DNA of 64,000 bases, taken from Longimicrobiales bacterium. Its GTDB lineage: Bacteria > Gemmatimonadota > Gemmatimonadetes > Longimicrobiales > Gaopeijiaceae. The notes under the pieces are model-generated. The model was not told the origin of the DNA and made no database searches. It worked only from the letters and a program-made list of their open reading frames with translations. The stretch covers positions 256,001-320,000 of the forward strand of contig OZ250165.1 of assembly GCA_965238005.1 (NCBI GenBank), in the 5' to 3' direction. Both the position numbers and the translations under genes were made by a program. This document shows positions 30,318-39,530 of this stretch, in pieces (the first letter of the stretch is position 1; each line of letters starts with the position of its first letter).

Positions 30318-30489
30318 GGCTTGGTCAGCCAACCCCCTCAAGGTTGCGGATGCGATGCTCGATCAGGGGGTCGTCTAGTACCACGCTGATACGTTCTAGG
30401 GCGGGTCACCGTTGGCGGGCGTGGCCCGCCCCTTTGCCACTCGCTATTCTTGCTCCCCTTTGGAGAACCGATGGAATAGCGAGGCGACC

Positions 30490-32007
30490 ATGCGCGCACG
30501 TCCCCTTCTTGAACGCGTCCCCACGCGACAGACCTTGATTGCCCCCGTCACCGTCACCTTGGCCGCGCTCAGCCTCAGCGTGACCCCCGCAACCGCCCAA
30601 ACCTACGACGCCTTGACCCCCCAGGTCCGCGAGTTCGTGAGCGTGGGTGGACCTCTCATCGCGCTCACCCACGTCCAGGTCATCGACGGCACGGGCTCTG
30701 CGCCCGCACAGGATCAGACGGTCCTGATCGCCGACGGCCGCGTTGAAGCCGTGGGTCGAACGGGTGATGTGGCCGTCCCGTCCGGCGCCGAAGTGCACGA
30801 CCTGACCGGGCACACGGTCATCCCCGGCATCGTCGGACTGCACAACCACACGTTCTATCGAGGAGTTCGTGGAACCGCGGGCGAAACGACGGCTCAACTC
30901 GACGTGTCGTCTCCGCGACTCTACCTGGCCAATGGGGTGACCACGATTCGCACTACGGGGAGTATCTCTCCCTACAGCGAGTTGAATGTGAAGCACCAGA
31001 TCGATTCTGGTGAGACGCCTGGCCCCCGGATGTACGTGACGGGCCCCTACTTCGACGGTGAGGGTGCAACGGTGTCGCGCTATCAGCCGGCATCGCCGGA
31101 GGACGCCAAGCGCGTGGTCCGGTATTGGATCGAAGAGGGCGTCACCTGGTTCAAAGCCTACGCGAACATCAAGGGTGAGAACCTCAAGGCCATCATCGAC
31201 GAGGCGCACCGCCTGGGAGCGAAGGTCACGGGCCACCTGTGCTCCGTGACGTTCGGCGAGGCGATGGAGCTCGAGATCGACAACCTGGAGCACGGCTTCC
31301 TCACCGCGAGCGACTTCGAGGCCGATAAGCCACAGGACGTCTGCCCTCCGGGATTCATCCAGCGACTCGCGGACGTCGACGTCGAGGGTCCGGAAGCTCA
31401 GGATCTGATTCAGGATCTGGTCCGGTCGGGCACACCCATCACCTCGACCCTCTCCGCGTACGAATTCAGCTTCGTACCGGGTGGGAGGCCTATCGAAGAT
31501 CGGGTGCTGGAGATGATGCCGACCGAGTTGGCCGAGTGGTACGTCGTTGCCCATCAAGCGCTTATCGAGCGTGAGCGCGAGTTCCGGGCCGACCCCGACG
31601 TCGGTGAGGACGATCCTTGGCCGTTCGCTCAAGTGTTCCGCAACGCGCAGGCCTTCGAGCGTTCGTTCGTCGAGCAGGGTGGACTGCTCGTTGCGGGCAC
31701 CGATCCGTGCTGTCCCGTGCTCCCGGGATTCGGTGATCAGCGCAACTTCGAGCTGCTCTCCTCGTCGGGGTTCTCACCGTCGCAAGTCGTCCAGATCATG
31801 TCGGCGAACGGCGCGCGGGTCCTCGACGGCCAGGACTCGTTCGGCACGGTGACCCCGGGTAAGCGTGCCGACCTCGTGGTCATCGAGGGAGATCTGACGA
31901 GCGATCCGGTGGTGATCCAGAACGTCCGGATCGTCTTCAAGGAAGGCGTGGGATACGATCCCGAGAAGCTGCTGGCGTCGGTGCGGGGGACGGTCGGACT
32001 GCGGTAG
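30490..32007 (+). CDS. Amidohydrolase family protein (secreted)
   Basis: PGIVGLHNH, GVTTIRTTG, TGH, EHG, AGTD and GKRADLVV motifs. Confidence 0.92.
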   Translation: MRARPLLERVPTRQTLIAPVTVTLAALSLSVTPATAQTYDALTPQVREFVSVGGPLIALTHVQVIDGTGSAPAQDQTVLIADGRVEAVGRTGDVAVPSGAEVHDLTGHTVIPGIVGLHNHTFYRGVRGTAGETTAQLDVSSPRLYLANGVTTIRTTGSISPYSELNVKHQIDSGETPGPRMYVTGPYFDGEGATVSRYQPASPEDAKRVVRYWIEEGVTWFKAYANIKGENLKAIIDEAHRLGAKVTGHLCSVTFGEAMELEIDNLEHGFLTASDFEADKPQDVCPPGFIQRLADVDVEGPEAQDLIQDLVRSGTPITSTLSAYEFSFVPGGRPIEDRVLEMMPTELAEWYVVAHQALIEREREFRADPDVGEDDPWPFAQVFRNAQAFERSFVEQGGLLVAGTDPCCPVLPGFGDQRNFELLSSSGFSPSQVVQIMSANGARVLDGQDSFGTVTPGKRADLVVIEGDLTSDPVVIQNVRIVFKEGVGYDPEKLLASVRGTVGLR

Positions 32008-32042
32008 CGATCATCGGCAACGTAAGAGGAGGAGCAACACCG

Positions 32043-32165
32043 TTGGCTTCGGACACGTTCAGAATCGCGGCCGTGCAGGCCGCCTCGGTCTTCTTGGATC
32101 TGGAGGCGACAGTCGACAAGGCCTGCCGGTTGATCCGGGAAGCGGCGGAGGGGGGCGCCACTACG
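32043..32165 (+). pseudogene. Nitrilase (carbon-nitrogen hydrolase) N-terminal remnant
   Basis: GAGGAGGAG RBS; MASDTFRIAAVQAASVFLDLEATVDKACRLIREAAEGGA, then breaks off into the repeat. Confidence 0.75.
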
Positions 32166-32179
32166 GATAGGGAATCCGA

Positions 32180-32460
32180 ACACCCTTTTGGAGTTCGGCA
32201 CCCAGCTTGAGCGAGGCGAGACCCTCGCCTTGCGAGGCACGACCCCAGGGCAACGTGCGCGCTTGCCGTCCGGCCATGCAAGGACGAGACGATCGGATGC
32301 GTGGATGGGCAACGGGTGAGACCATCTAGCGACGGGTTCCGAAGCGCCTGTGCGGAAACCGACGACCCCTGATGGCAGGGGGTGATGTTCCACTGCTCCT
32401 TCGTCCTTCCCACGGTCGGGCGCGGCCCTTAGATACGGGAGCAGGAGCTCGTCGGTCCGC
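32180..32460. repeat. Deleted copy of the tRNA-Pro-proximal element (homologous to 36955-37206 and 37415-37440)
   Basis: Shared GGATGCGTGGATGGGCAACGG...CGACGGGTTCCGAAGCGCCTGT.CGGAAACCGACGACCCCTGATGGCAGGGGGTG, and an LLLPYLRAA-coding stretch. Confidence 0.85.
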
Positions 32461-32471
32461 ATCCGGACCGC

Positions 32472-32500
32472 TTCGAACCGGCGACCCCCTGAACCCCATT
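32472..32500 (-). other. att direct repeat: 29-bp copy of part of tRNA-Pro
   Basis: TTCGAACCGGCGACCCCCTGAACCCCATT is identical to 38240-38268. Confidence 0.88.
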
Positions 32501-32854
32501 ACTAACAGCTTATACGCCATATCACGGGAGATACCTGGTTCCATGTGGGTTTCGGAGAAAAGTTTCCCGGAGTCGGGATCCTGGATTCCCTGGATCAATG
32601 GGGGTCAGGTATTGGAGAAGGTATTGGAGTGCGGCTCTCCGGGGACTCAATCACCTAGTCCGTGTTGCACTTCAAAGTTGATCCTGAGTGGCGGCCCCAA
32701 GACCTACGAACTAAGGAACTCAGTGATCTCGGACCGCCACTCTGCCAGTGGAAGACTGTGCGACACGTGCCTCGCCCGGCCAGGTTGGTGCGGTAACGTT
32801 ACAAAGGTTCTTAGAACCACGTTTTCCACAGCCGGTCCAGCTGATATGAACTGC

Positions 32855-34924
32855 CTATTTGCTTCTCTCGTTGGAGTTCATTATGACCGGCATTCCGAAC
32901 CTCCATGTGCTCCAAAGCTCTGCGTTCTCGACGAGCTCAATCATGAAGTGAGCGACATTGGCTCGGGCGGTAGGGCGGCCAGTGAAGATACCGGTGGTGG
33001 GGGACTGTTCTATGTTATACGAAGAAATCTCAGCGTCGACCAACGAGTCGGGGCGGACGCTGCACCACTCAACGTGTTGACTCTCCTTCCCCACGTTCTG
33101 ATGGAGATGTTCTGCCGCAGTTTCATTATCCCGATGTGGAGGCAGGGTGTGGCGCAGGAGAGCCAAGAGCCATCGCTCAAACCAGGCTCTCTTCTCTTCG
33201 AGGTCGGGATTCTGGACCCCAACCGTGCTCATGAGGATGAATTTGGTAGGTTTGGTGGGGCGATTCTCTTCGATTGCATCACACAAGCGTTGCGTCGCGT
33301 CTGTGCATAGCCCTTTGGGTTCTCCAAACATCCCCTTTAGATCCATGACATGTCCCAAGCACGAGACCACGGCATCACAATCCTTTACATGCTCTGCCAT
33401 CTCCTCATCAGTTAAGTCGAGCACACTCGCTTTAGCGCCCCCGGTTTCTCTGGACAGTAGATTGGCAAAGAGAGCGGGTCCAGAGAGAAAGGGACGTGAT
33501 GGCCCAGAAGCCGAGGGAAAAGAAGGCGACCGAAGGTCGTGAGAAGGTACCCGAGCGGTGGAGCGCACAGCATAAGACGGAGGTGGTGCTGCGCCTGCTG
33601 CGGGGGGAGGATCTGGTGGAGGTCAGCCGCGAGGTGCAGGTCTCACCACCGGAGTTGGAGGAATGGCGGCGGGTGTTTCTGGAGACCGGTCAGCAGGGGC
33701 TGAGGCGCCGGGGCCGGGACCCTGGAGAACGAGAGCTGACCCGGACCCAGGCGAAGCTGGGAGAGTTGACGATGCGACTGGAGCTTGCGAGAGAGCTCCT
33801 GGAAAAAAGGGGGTACGGGGACGAGCTACGGACGCTCTTGAAGCGTGGACGCGAGTGAGTCCGGGGACCGGGCGGCCCTACCCTCTGACGATGATCTGCG
33901 AGGCCTGGCGGGTGGGGCGCTCGACGGTCTATGCGGCCCGGGATCGAGAAGAGAGCGAGGGGCCGGCAGAGCCGAAGAAACGAGGACCGAAGACGAAGCT
34001 GAGCGACGAGGAGTTGGTAGAGGAGATCCGACAGGTGCTGAAGCAGAGCGACTTCCTGGGCGAGGGTCATCGAAAGGTGAGGGCGCGCCTGAGGCCGAAG
34101 GGGATCCATGTGGGCAAGAACCGCGTGCTCAGGCTGATGCGGGAGAATGGGCTGCTGGCCCCTGTACGACGCGGGAAGCATCCGCATGGGGACCGGAGCC
34201 ACAGTGGCCGGATCACGACGGACGTGCCGAACGAGCTGTGGGGCACGGACGCGACGCGGTTCTACACGAAGGAGGATGGGTGGTGCTGGTTTTTCGTGGC
34301 GGTGGATCACTGCGTCACGGACGTGGTGGGCTGGCACGTGGCGAAGAAGGGCGATCGGTGGGCAGCGCTCGAGCCGATCCGCCAGGGCGTACGGACCCAC
34401 ATGGACGACTACGCGCCCAAGATCGCTCTGGGGCTCGGCCTACGGCACGACTGGGGACCGCAGTACACGGCGCATCAGTTCCAGGGGGAGCTGGCCTGGC
34501 TCGGGATCCGCTCGACGGCCTCGTACGTGGGAGAGCCGGAGTGCAACGGCGTCGCAGAGCGCTTCATGCGGACGCTGAAGGAGGAGTGCTTGTACCTCCA
34601 CGACTTCAAGAGTCTCGAGGAGGCCAGACAGGAGATCGACGCGTTTATCGAACGCTACAACCGCGGGTGGCTCCTAGAGCGGCATGGGTATCGGACCCCG
34701 GCCCAGGTCCGTCAGGAGCTCACCCTGAAGGCGGCTTGATTAGGCCGCCGACTTGTCCAGCAAACCGGAACCTCTATGACTGTCGCGTTTGGGTGATCCC
34801 GAACCTTCGCGGGGAGTTTGCGAGGCGAGCGGACAATAGCGCGAACTTTCTGACCCTTGCTTAGCAACTGCTCCACTAGGGCCCGCCCCGTCATACCTGT
34901 CGCTCCAACCACTAGTACCGTCAT
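32855..34924 (-). pseudogene. NAD(P)H-binding (BVR-B/atypical SDR-like) protein interrupted by IS3 copy 2
   Basis: N-part MTVLVVGATGMTG...PNATVIE (34924-34775) continues as ASVLDLTDEEM...CDAVVSCLG (33430-32855). Confidence 0.88.
33431..34778 (+). mobile_element. IS3-family element copy 2 (orfA 33499-33858, orfB ending at 34739)
   Basis: Same translations as copy 1, inverted orientation; A6G slippery run near 33803 in the orfA/orfB overlap. Confidence 0.9.
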
Positions 34925-34989
34925 CGATGGTGTCCTGCTCCTGTCCGTGTCTCAGGGGCGGCTTGTGGGTCCGGCTCATCTCTCACGCT

Positions 34990-35088
34990 GCCTAACGTCT
35001 CGCACTTCTGCTGCGGCCAAGATGGTGATCGCAAGCATATCACGCAGACCCTCTAGTCTACAGCGACCGCAGCCATCGCCTGTTAGAC
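34990..35088 (-). other. Integron attC-like site
   Basis: Minus strand GTCTAAC-AGGCG-ATGGCTGCGG ... CCGCAGCAGAA-GTGCGAGAC-GTTAGGC: R''/L''/L'/R' layout, 99 bp. Confidence 0.7.
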
Positions 35089-35143
35089 CGCTCAGCGAAG
35101 GGCGGAATTTATTACACTCGTCATCGGACCCACACGGGGAGCT

Positions 35144-35316
35144 GGCGTCTGCCTCGCCCCCGGGGGGAGGGGCCCCAGAAGGGGGGGGGCGACCGGCAAT
35201 GCCCGGTAGCGGGAGAGATGGCGATCGAGTATGCAGCCCGGCCGTGTAGATATCGATCCGCCGATCTCCGGGGGCGTGTCTCACGCGTGCGCGAGGACTG
35301 TCACGGCGGAGCGCTG
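35144..35316 (+). repeat. Repeat D4 (dif segment deleted)
   Basis: GGCGTCTGCCTCGCCCCCGGGGGGAGGGGCCCCA (as at the D1 5' end) joined to GAGAGATGGCG...GTGTCTCACGCGTGCGCGAGGACTGTCAC. Confidence 0.8.
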
Positions 35317-35365
35317 CCGCATATTCGCGACTGGGAGGCGGCCCTCCGCTCGCGGGCCTTTCAGG

Positions 35366-36862
35366 CTAGCGGCTCCGCAACCGGGCATTCTCCCGATGTG
35401 GAGCGTAGAAGACCTCTTCGTGTCGGCCGTCGACGCGTGGATCGCCGGTACGGCGCAACTCGGCGTCCAGCTCTGTCGCGAGAGCGTCCCGGACCGAGGC
35501 GTACGCTGCTACTCCGGCAACGTTGTTGAGCTGGTAGGGGTCTGTGGCGAGATCGTAGAGTTCCTCCGGTGGCCGGGCGCCGACGATCCTCTGGTACATG
35601 TCGGACTCGTGATCGAGCGCCTGTACTGAGATCCACGTCGGTGAGTATCCTCCCTCTGATTCCCAGTAGCTGGCGCAGACATTGATCGGCCGTTCGGGCT
35701 CGTAGTTGCGCACGAAGAGATATTCGGAGGTGCGGATGGCGCGCATCGGATAACGACCACAGTGCAGCTCGATGGAGGAAAAAGCGCGCGTTCGACTGGT
35801 GTCGAGTAATCCCGAGTCCGGGGATTCGAGCGCGGCGAGAACGCTGCGGCCACTCATGGCCTCCGGAGGTTCGACGCCGGCCGCCTCGAGAAATGTGGGG
35901 GCCATGTCGGAGAACCTGACAAAGTCCTCCACGACCCTTCCGCTACCCGCGTGCTCCGGCCAGCGTACGACGAGGGGAACCCGGGTGCCGAGATCATAGA
36001 GGGTCATCTTGGCGCGCGGGAACGGCATACCGTTGTCACCGGTCATGACGACGATGGTGTTGTCGAGCTCGCCGATCGCTTCGAGGTGGGCGATCAGTTG
36101 GGATGCGGCGGAATCGAACATCTCGACCTCGTAGTAGTAGTCGGCCAAGTCGGTTCGGGTCTCCTCGGTATCGGGCAGGGTAGGCGGCACGACGACGTCT
36201 TCCAGGCTCATGCCTCTCCGCAGGCCGGATTGCCATTCGTACGGTCGATGTGGCTCGCCGGTGTTGAACCAGAAGTGAAACGGCTGCCTGTCTTCTCGGC
36301 GCGCCAGGAAATCCTCGAACGTCGCGACCCGATCGCGGGAGTCCCAGGCGCGGCCCGGAGGATCACCGACGACGATCCTTCCGGCCGGGTTGTCTTCGCG
36401 TCCGGTCTCGACGAGATAGCCAGGCCCCCATCCCTTGCCGGAGTATCCGACGAGGTACCCCGCCCCTTCGAGCAGGTCCGTATACGTTTCGAACTTCGCC
36501 GGCAGCGCGCCCCACAGGTGCACACCAGTTTCGAGCATCCACGGGTGCATGCCGGTTAGCAGCGCGGCGCGTGACGGTGTGCACGACGGGGAGTCGACAA
36601 AGGCGTTGCTGAACCGGACCCCTTCGGCGGCGATGCGATCGAGGGTCGGGGTCCGGAGATTCGGATCAGACACGTTCTCCGACTGAGGCCAATTCCAATC
36701 GTCGGCCATGAGGATCAGGATGTTCGGTGGGCGCTCGGGTTCCTCGGTTGGCTCCGGAGCGCGGCCGCACGCGAGTCCCAGAACAGCGAGGCTCAACAGT
36801 GGGAGGGCCGAGTGGCTGCGACATCGTCCTACTGTGTTCCAGAACATGCCCGTTACCTCCAT
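35366..36862 (-). CDS. Sulfatase (lipoprotein)
   Basis: Lipobox GLAC, PNILILMADD, CTPSRAALLTG, EPHRPY and GDNG motifs. Confidence 0.94.
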   Translation of the reverse strand: MEVTGMFWNTVGRCRSHSALPLLSLAVLGLACGRAPEPTEEPERPPNILILMADDWNWPQSENVSDPNLRTPTLDRIAAEGVRFSNAFVDSPSCTPSRAALLTGMHPWMLETGVHLWGALPAKFETYTDLLEGAGYLVGYSGKGWGPGYLVETGREDNPAGRIVVGDPPGRAWDSRDRVATFEDFLARREDRQPFHFWFNTGEPHRPYEWQSGLRRGMSLEDVVVPPTLPDTEETRTDLADYYYEVEMFDSAASQLIAHLEAIGELDNTIVVMTGDNGMPFPRAKMTLYDLGTRVPLVVRWPEHAGSGRVVEDFVRFSDMAPTFLEAAGVEPPEAMSGRSVLAALESPDSGLLDTSRTRAFSSIELHCGRYPMRAIRTSEYLFVRNYEPERPINVCASYWESEGGYSPTWISVQALDHESDMYQRIVGARPPEELYDLATDPYQLNNVAGVAAYASVRDALATELDAELRRTGDPRVDGRHEEVFYAPHRENARLRSR

Positions 36863-37287
36863 TCCATCAAGGGAACCGACGCAGAATCAACGCGCCATCG
36901 CGTCACAGGGATAGGCATTGCCCGGCTCCCGAGGCGACAGGGATAGGCATTTTAAAGACCCTTTCCGAGTCCGGCACCCTGCTTGAGGGAGCCGAGACAC
37001 CCCAGAACCTCCGCTTGCGAGGCCGTGCCCAGGCTAAGGTGCACTCTCACGGTTCGCCCCTGCAAGGATCGGACGAGCGGATGCGTGGATGGGCAACGGT
37101 TCAGACCATCTACCGACGGGTTCCGAAGCGCCTGTACGGAAACCGACGACCCCTGATGGCAGGGGGTGGGTGTTCCAGTGCTCCTTGTCCTTCCCTAAAA
37201 TCGGGCTCACTCGCCCTGGCGCTCGCCCGGGGGGTGGTGAAAATGCGCCTCGGGGCGAGTGCCGATCCCTCCCTGACCGGCATGGGT

Positions 37288-38212
37288 CTAGCCCGAATCC
37301 CAATCCATCTCCTCTTCTTCAACATCCTCGTCGTGAGCTGTTGGCGGGTGGGCCCCTTTGATCCTCGTGAGCTCGCTCTCACGCTCCCGCAACAGGATCT
37401 CCTCTCGGTCGAGTGCGGCCCTGAGATATGGGAGCAGGAGATCGACGTCATGGAGCTCTCGCCACGACCGCTCGACGCCCCATGTATCGTGCGCGTCGAC
37501 CAGTGGTTCAACCGCTCGGTAGAGGGCGAGCGTACAACGCTTCTCGTGCGATTCCGGTTCGTCCTCCTTTCGTAGCCTCTCAACGAAGTCGCCGATGAGC
37601 TCGTCACGCTCCAGCAGCTCACGGAGAACGGGCTCGACCCTTCCCGCAAGCCCGCGCAACTGCCGATCGAGCCACGCCTCGTAGCGGTCCTGGATCTTAC
37701 GCTCGTCCTCCGTAAGGATGCTGTCCAGGAACCTCAGCAAGTAGGGAGTAGTCGGTCTGGGCGCGCCGCGACCGCTCCTGCATGAGAGAGCGCCGCCCCT
37801 CCTCGAGTTCATCAGGGCTGATTACCACGTCTGTCGGAACTGACTGCACGATCGCGTCAAGATCATCAAAGTTGAGCTCGCGCTCCCGTATTTGCGGGTC
37901 CCGTGCCTTGGCCTGAAGTGCCTTCCACCTAGCGTCCCCATCGTCGACTAGCGGATCCGGAATCGGCCGATCAAGCCGTCGTCGGGGGGCGTCCGGATCA
38001 GCGTCGAATGCCCAGCAGATGGCCGCATACGTGTCATGGGACATAGCCCTCGTCGTCGCGCCATTCCGGAGTCGGGAGAAGGTCCACGGCCCAATTCCCA
38101 GCCAGGCCGCAGTCTTCCGACCGCTCTCATACCGCTCGCTCAGCTCCTCGAGCACGCCCCTGAGTTTCTCGTCGTCGACGATTCTGATGTGATGCAACCT
38201 CAAGCGGGGCAA
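37288..38212 (-). pseudogene. Hypothetical HTH-containing protein, frameshifted near 37740
   Basis: N-terminal RKTAAWLGIGPWTFSRLRNG; coding-like sequence switches from ORF 37697-38212 to ORF 37288-37812. Confidence 0.55.
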
Positions 38213-38225
38213 TCTCTTTCCTCAG

Positions 38226-38299
38226 TCGGGACGGCCGGATTCGAACCGGCGACCCCCTGAACCCCATTCAGGTGCGCTACCGAGCTGCGCCACGTCCCG
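38226..38299 (-). tRNA. tRNA-Pro(GGG)
   Basis: CGGGACGTGGCGCAGCTCGGTAGCGCACCTGAATGGGGTTCAGGGGGTCGCCGGTTCGAATCCGGCCGTCCCGA. Confidence 0.96.
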
Positions 38300-38583
38300 T
38301 GAGGGAGTGAATATAGATGTAGGCTAGAGGCCACTCAACGGGCGGGAGTGGATTTCTGGCGCGTGCTGCCGGCCAGAATATGCCGAAGCTGGAGCCGGCT
38401 CCCTCACGGTTTCGAGAGGAACGTCGGTGGAGTAGCTGCACGTCGTTTGCGGATATTATGCCCGGACGGTAGAATCGGACTCGTCTGCAACGCGACGATG
38501 AATCCATGCTGAAGAGGATCGAAACCGCCCTCTGCCGACCCTCCCAGGGGGTCAGAAACGCCCTCGCGCCGCGGCGTGCCTCA

Positions 38584-38967
38584 ATGCTCCGGATGACCCA
38601 GCTGTTAGTTGTCATATTGGTCATCTTCATGGCATGGGACTTTGTTCTCGGGTTTTGGGACCCCAATCGCCCGAACACGTGGAGTGAGGTCACGCGTGCC
38701 GGCAGTCATGGTCTCCCCATTTTGCCCTGGTTCTTGGGGGCGTTGGTTGGGCATCTCTTCCACGGTGGTCGGATTCCGGTGATCGATCGTGATGCCGGCG
38801 CGACGCTGATGGGAGCGTTCACGCTTCTGGTGATCGGCTGGAGTGTTTTCTTACATCTCACCGACGGGGCAGTCCCGACCCTGGTGGTCGCCGGCATGGC
38901 CCTCGTGGGGGGGGTGGTTTCCTATCTATTTTGGCCGCTGCATCGGCCGGGGGGCTGGAAGTGGTGA
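38584..38967 (+). CDS. Small multi-TM hypothetical protein
   Basis: Four hydrophobic segments; PNTWSE and GHLFH motifs. Confidence 0.7.
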   Translation: MLRMTQLLVVILVIFMAWDFVLGFWDPNRPNTWSEVTRAGSHGLPILPWFLGALVGHLFHGGRIPVIDRDAGATLMGAFTLLVIGWSVFLHLTDGAVPTLVVAGMALVGGVVSYLFWPLHRPGGWKW

Positions 38968-39401
38968 GTCGTGCCCCCGATTGGGTCCCGGATTGCCTCC
39001 TGCTCTCGCCGGAGGCAGCGTCGCAGATTGGCGCGGTCTTTCTCGTCCTGATCGTCATCCTCGACGTGTACGCCTCGGATGACAACATCCCGAACAATAC
39101 TCCTCGGGAGTTGCTTCTCCGGCTTACGAAGTGGAAGAGCTCGCGCGCCTATTTGCCCATTACAGGCGCGTTCGCACCGTTCGTGGTCGCGGCGGTGGTG
39201 GGGCATTTGTTCCACCCGTGGTCCGACGTAGGTCCCTTGGGGAACGACTTCCCGGGGCTCGGGGTGCTGCTGGGCATCGCTGGCCTGCTGGCGATCGTGA
39301 CGTGGGTTCTCGACCCCCAGATCTCGGGCAAGAAGTGGGTTGTTGGCCTCGCCCTACTCGGACTCGTCGCCGGAGTGGTACTCTGGCCCTCAGGGGCGTA
39401 G
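38964..39401 (+). CDS. Small multi-TM hypothetical protein, paralog of the upstream gene
   Basis: GTGA overlap; PNNTPRE and GHLFH motifs. Confidence 0.7.
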   Translation: MSRAPDWVPDCLLLSPEAASQIGAVFLVLIVILDVYASDDNIPNNTPRELLLRLTKWKSSRAYLPITGAFAPFVVAAVVGHLFHPWSDVGPLGNDFPGLGVLLGIAGLLAIVTWVLDPQISGKKWVVGLALLGLVAGVVLWPSGA

Positions 39402-39530
39402 GGCTCCGGGCCAAGAGGAGTGGGGGTGCCTCCGCTGAGCGCATTGGCGGGGTCGCCAACACCCCGCGGATCTGTGGGGGCCCGGACGATGTACTCTCTC
39501 GAACGAACGACGGATTCGTGACGGTCGACC

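Noticed and set aside
23773..33430. An inversion that already occurred between the two IS3 copies
   Set aside because: Both halves of the NAD(P)H-binding gene still flank copy 2 correctly.
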